Source: a virus
Reading direction: 5' to 3' (one strand)
Virus record (IMG/VR): IMGVR_UViG_3300038492_000033
Location: 1-5,575 of that record
DNA length: 5,575 nt
Part shown: positions 4,887 through 5,575 of the stretch, one piece after another
Numbering within the stretch: position 1 is the stretch's first letter
Layout of the letters: every line of letters begins with the position of its first letter
Translations under genes and position numbers: made by a program
Notes under the pieces: model-generated
What the model was told of the DNA's origin: nothing
What the model saw: only the letters and a program-made list of their open reading frames with translations
The model's database searches: none

Positions 4887-5575
4887 CCTGTTTTAGTCTC
4901 CTCATTTGTTGTTCATATTCTATAGACCTCCAATCTTGTGGTGACCCGTATCCATTTTCTTTATTTACTTTTCTGAAGTGCTTTACTAGTCTGTCGTATT
5001 CTTCAAAGTCATCTGCTTTGATTTTATGCCCCATAACCCATCTTTCGTTTTTATCTAGTTTGTGTAGCCATAATTGTTCTCTTTCTTCCTCTGTGTAGAT
5101 GTGATTTCTGTAGTATATTGGTAATCCTACTTTGTGTCCTGAATTTGTTCTATAGAAGTCTTCGGTTTTATCTCCTTTGTATTTGTTTTTATCTGCTCCG
5201 TATGTACCTATGTATGATTTTCCTATTCCTGGGCTTGCGAATATTTTTGATTTGTATGTTCTGTGCTTTTCGTCTACCTTAAGTACATATTTTGTCATGT
5301 AGTTTATAGTCCTTTCTGATACGTAGTTGATTAGTCTTCCTTGCTTTCTTTTTCCTTTCCAAATGAATCCATATTGCCATTTTTTCTCTACTTCGTTTAA
5401 ATCGTTTGTGTATAGTATACCATGCATGTGTATATTTTCTGTTCCTTTATGTCCTAGTTCTGTTATTAGCCAGTGTCTTAGTGATTTTTTGTACTTTTTT
5501 CGCCATCTTTCTAAGAATCTTCTGACTGCTAGTGCTGCTATTGCGTTGTCTAGTGCGTATCCTTTTATGTCTTTC
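4846..5575 (-). CDS. VP4: Replication initiation protein VP4, C-terminal part (5477-5575 duplicates 1-99; the unique part is 4846-5476)
   Basis: The track ORF 4846-5427 starts at an internal Met. The frame stays open upstream to the window end: ...RHWLITELGHKGTENIHMHGILY. The HUH motif H-M-H sits at 5422-5430. Motif 3, YMTKYVLK at 5278-5301, has two Tyr spaced YxxxY like the catalytic tyrosines of phiX174 gpA. ASPGIGKSY is also typical of microvirus Rep. The frame matches the 1-365 segment once the 5476-nt circle is closed (365+631 = 996 nt = 331 aa + stop). Confidence 0.93.
   Translation of the reverse strand, partial: KDIKGYALDNAIAALAVRRFLERWRKKYKKSLRHWLITELGHKGTENIHMHGILYTNDLNEVEKKWQYGFIWKGKRKQGRLINYVSERTINYMTKYVLKVDEKHRTYKSKIFASPGIGKSYIGTYGADKNKYKGDKTEDFYRTNSGHKVGLPIYYRNHIYTEEEREQLWLHKLDKNERWVMGHKIKADDFEEYDRLVKHFRKVNKENGYGSPQDWRSIEYEQQMRRLKQDERFERYKKSKEK
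5477..5575. repeat. Terminal direct repeat, copy 2 (wrap-around of the circular genome, identical to 1-99)
   Basis: Same 99-nt string as 1-99. The window simply runs 99 nt past one full turn of the circle. Confidence 0.97.

Larger units (their letters stand above)
1..5476 (-). mobile_element. Complete circular Microviridae (ssDNA phage) genome, one unit length of 5476 nt, coding strand = window minus strand
   Basis: Bases 1-99 are identical to 5477-5575. Joining them restores a single 996-nt Rep reading frame. The gene set VP4 / VP1 / VP2 plus small ORFs and the ~5.5 kb size are typical of Microviridae. Genes are tightly packed on one strand. Confidence 0.92.

Noticed and set aside
4887-4906. 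GAGGAG about 11 nt upstream of the 91-aa ORF ATG, as a Shine-Dalgarno site.
   Set aside because: The spacing is long and it lies inside the Rep coding sequence. No other gene in the genome has an SD, so a single occurrence is more likely coincidental; it does not raise confidence in ORF91.
139-5098. All twelve plus-strand ORFs in the track (139-468, 149-334, 552-1241, 1611-1889, 2413-2664, 2447-2737, 3059-3418, 3103-3390, 3646-3846, 4108-4530, 4212-4409, 4805-5098). Many look like multi-pass membrane proteins.
   Set aside because: Each lies antisense to a confidently identified or better-supported minus-strand gene. The Phe/Leu/Ser/Cys/Val-rich low-complexity translations are what a ~40-48% T strand produces by chance, since stop codons need A or G. 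None has a recognisable motif, and microviruses encode all their genes on one strand.
1-5575. Looked for CRISPR arrays, rRNA, integrase, att sites, toxin-antitoxin pairs and defence or anti-defence genes.
   Set aside because: No spaced direct repeats, no structured RNA gene signatures and no ORFs with the relevant motifs. The genome is fully accounted for by microvirus core genes, the small unassigned ORFs and two short non-coding stretches.

Overview
The window is one complete, circularly closed genome of a small ssDNA phage of the family Microviridae, shown as the reverse complement of its coding strand. Bases 5477-5575 repeat bases 1-99 exactly, so the unit length is 5476 nt. All credible genes lie on the minus strand. 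In transcription order (descending coordinates) they are: the replication initiator VP4 (365->1, then across the junction 5476->4846; 331 aa once rejoined), a block of three or four small unassignable ORFs (4886->3935), the major capsid protein VP1 (3929->1968), a small VP3-like protein (1993->1640), a 198-nt structured non-coding region (1639->1442), and the DNA pilot protein VP2 (1441->365). VP2's stop overlaps the VP4 start as TAATG. VP1, VP2 and VP4 are identified from family motifs I can read directly in the translations. I recall the VP1 and small-protein motifs as Alpavirinae-like, and the gene starts lack Shine-Dalgarno sequences, which together suggest a Bacteroidota-infecting lineage; this is inference, not a database result. 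I found no tRNA, rRNA, CRISPR array, integrase or att site. Four places deserve a second look: (1) the unassigned, partly overlapping small-ORF module between VP4 and VP1; (2) a GC-rich 8-bp hairpin at 4254-4283 in the only sizeable gap of that module; (3) the 4611-4886 stretch, which is both an open frame and unusually rich in inverted and direct repeats, including two stem-loops with the same AATTTTG loop; (4) the 1442-1639 non-coding region, with a perfect 10-11 bp hairpin and interleaved long-range inverted repeats. All plus-strand ORFs in the track are antisense artefacts of a very T-rich strand.
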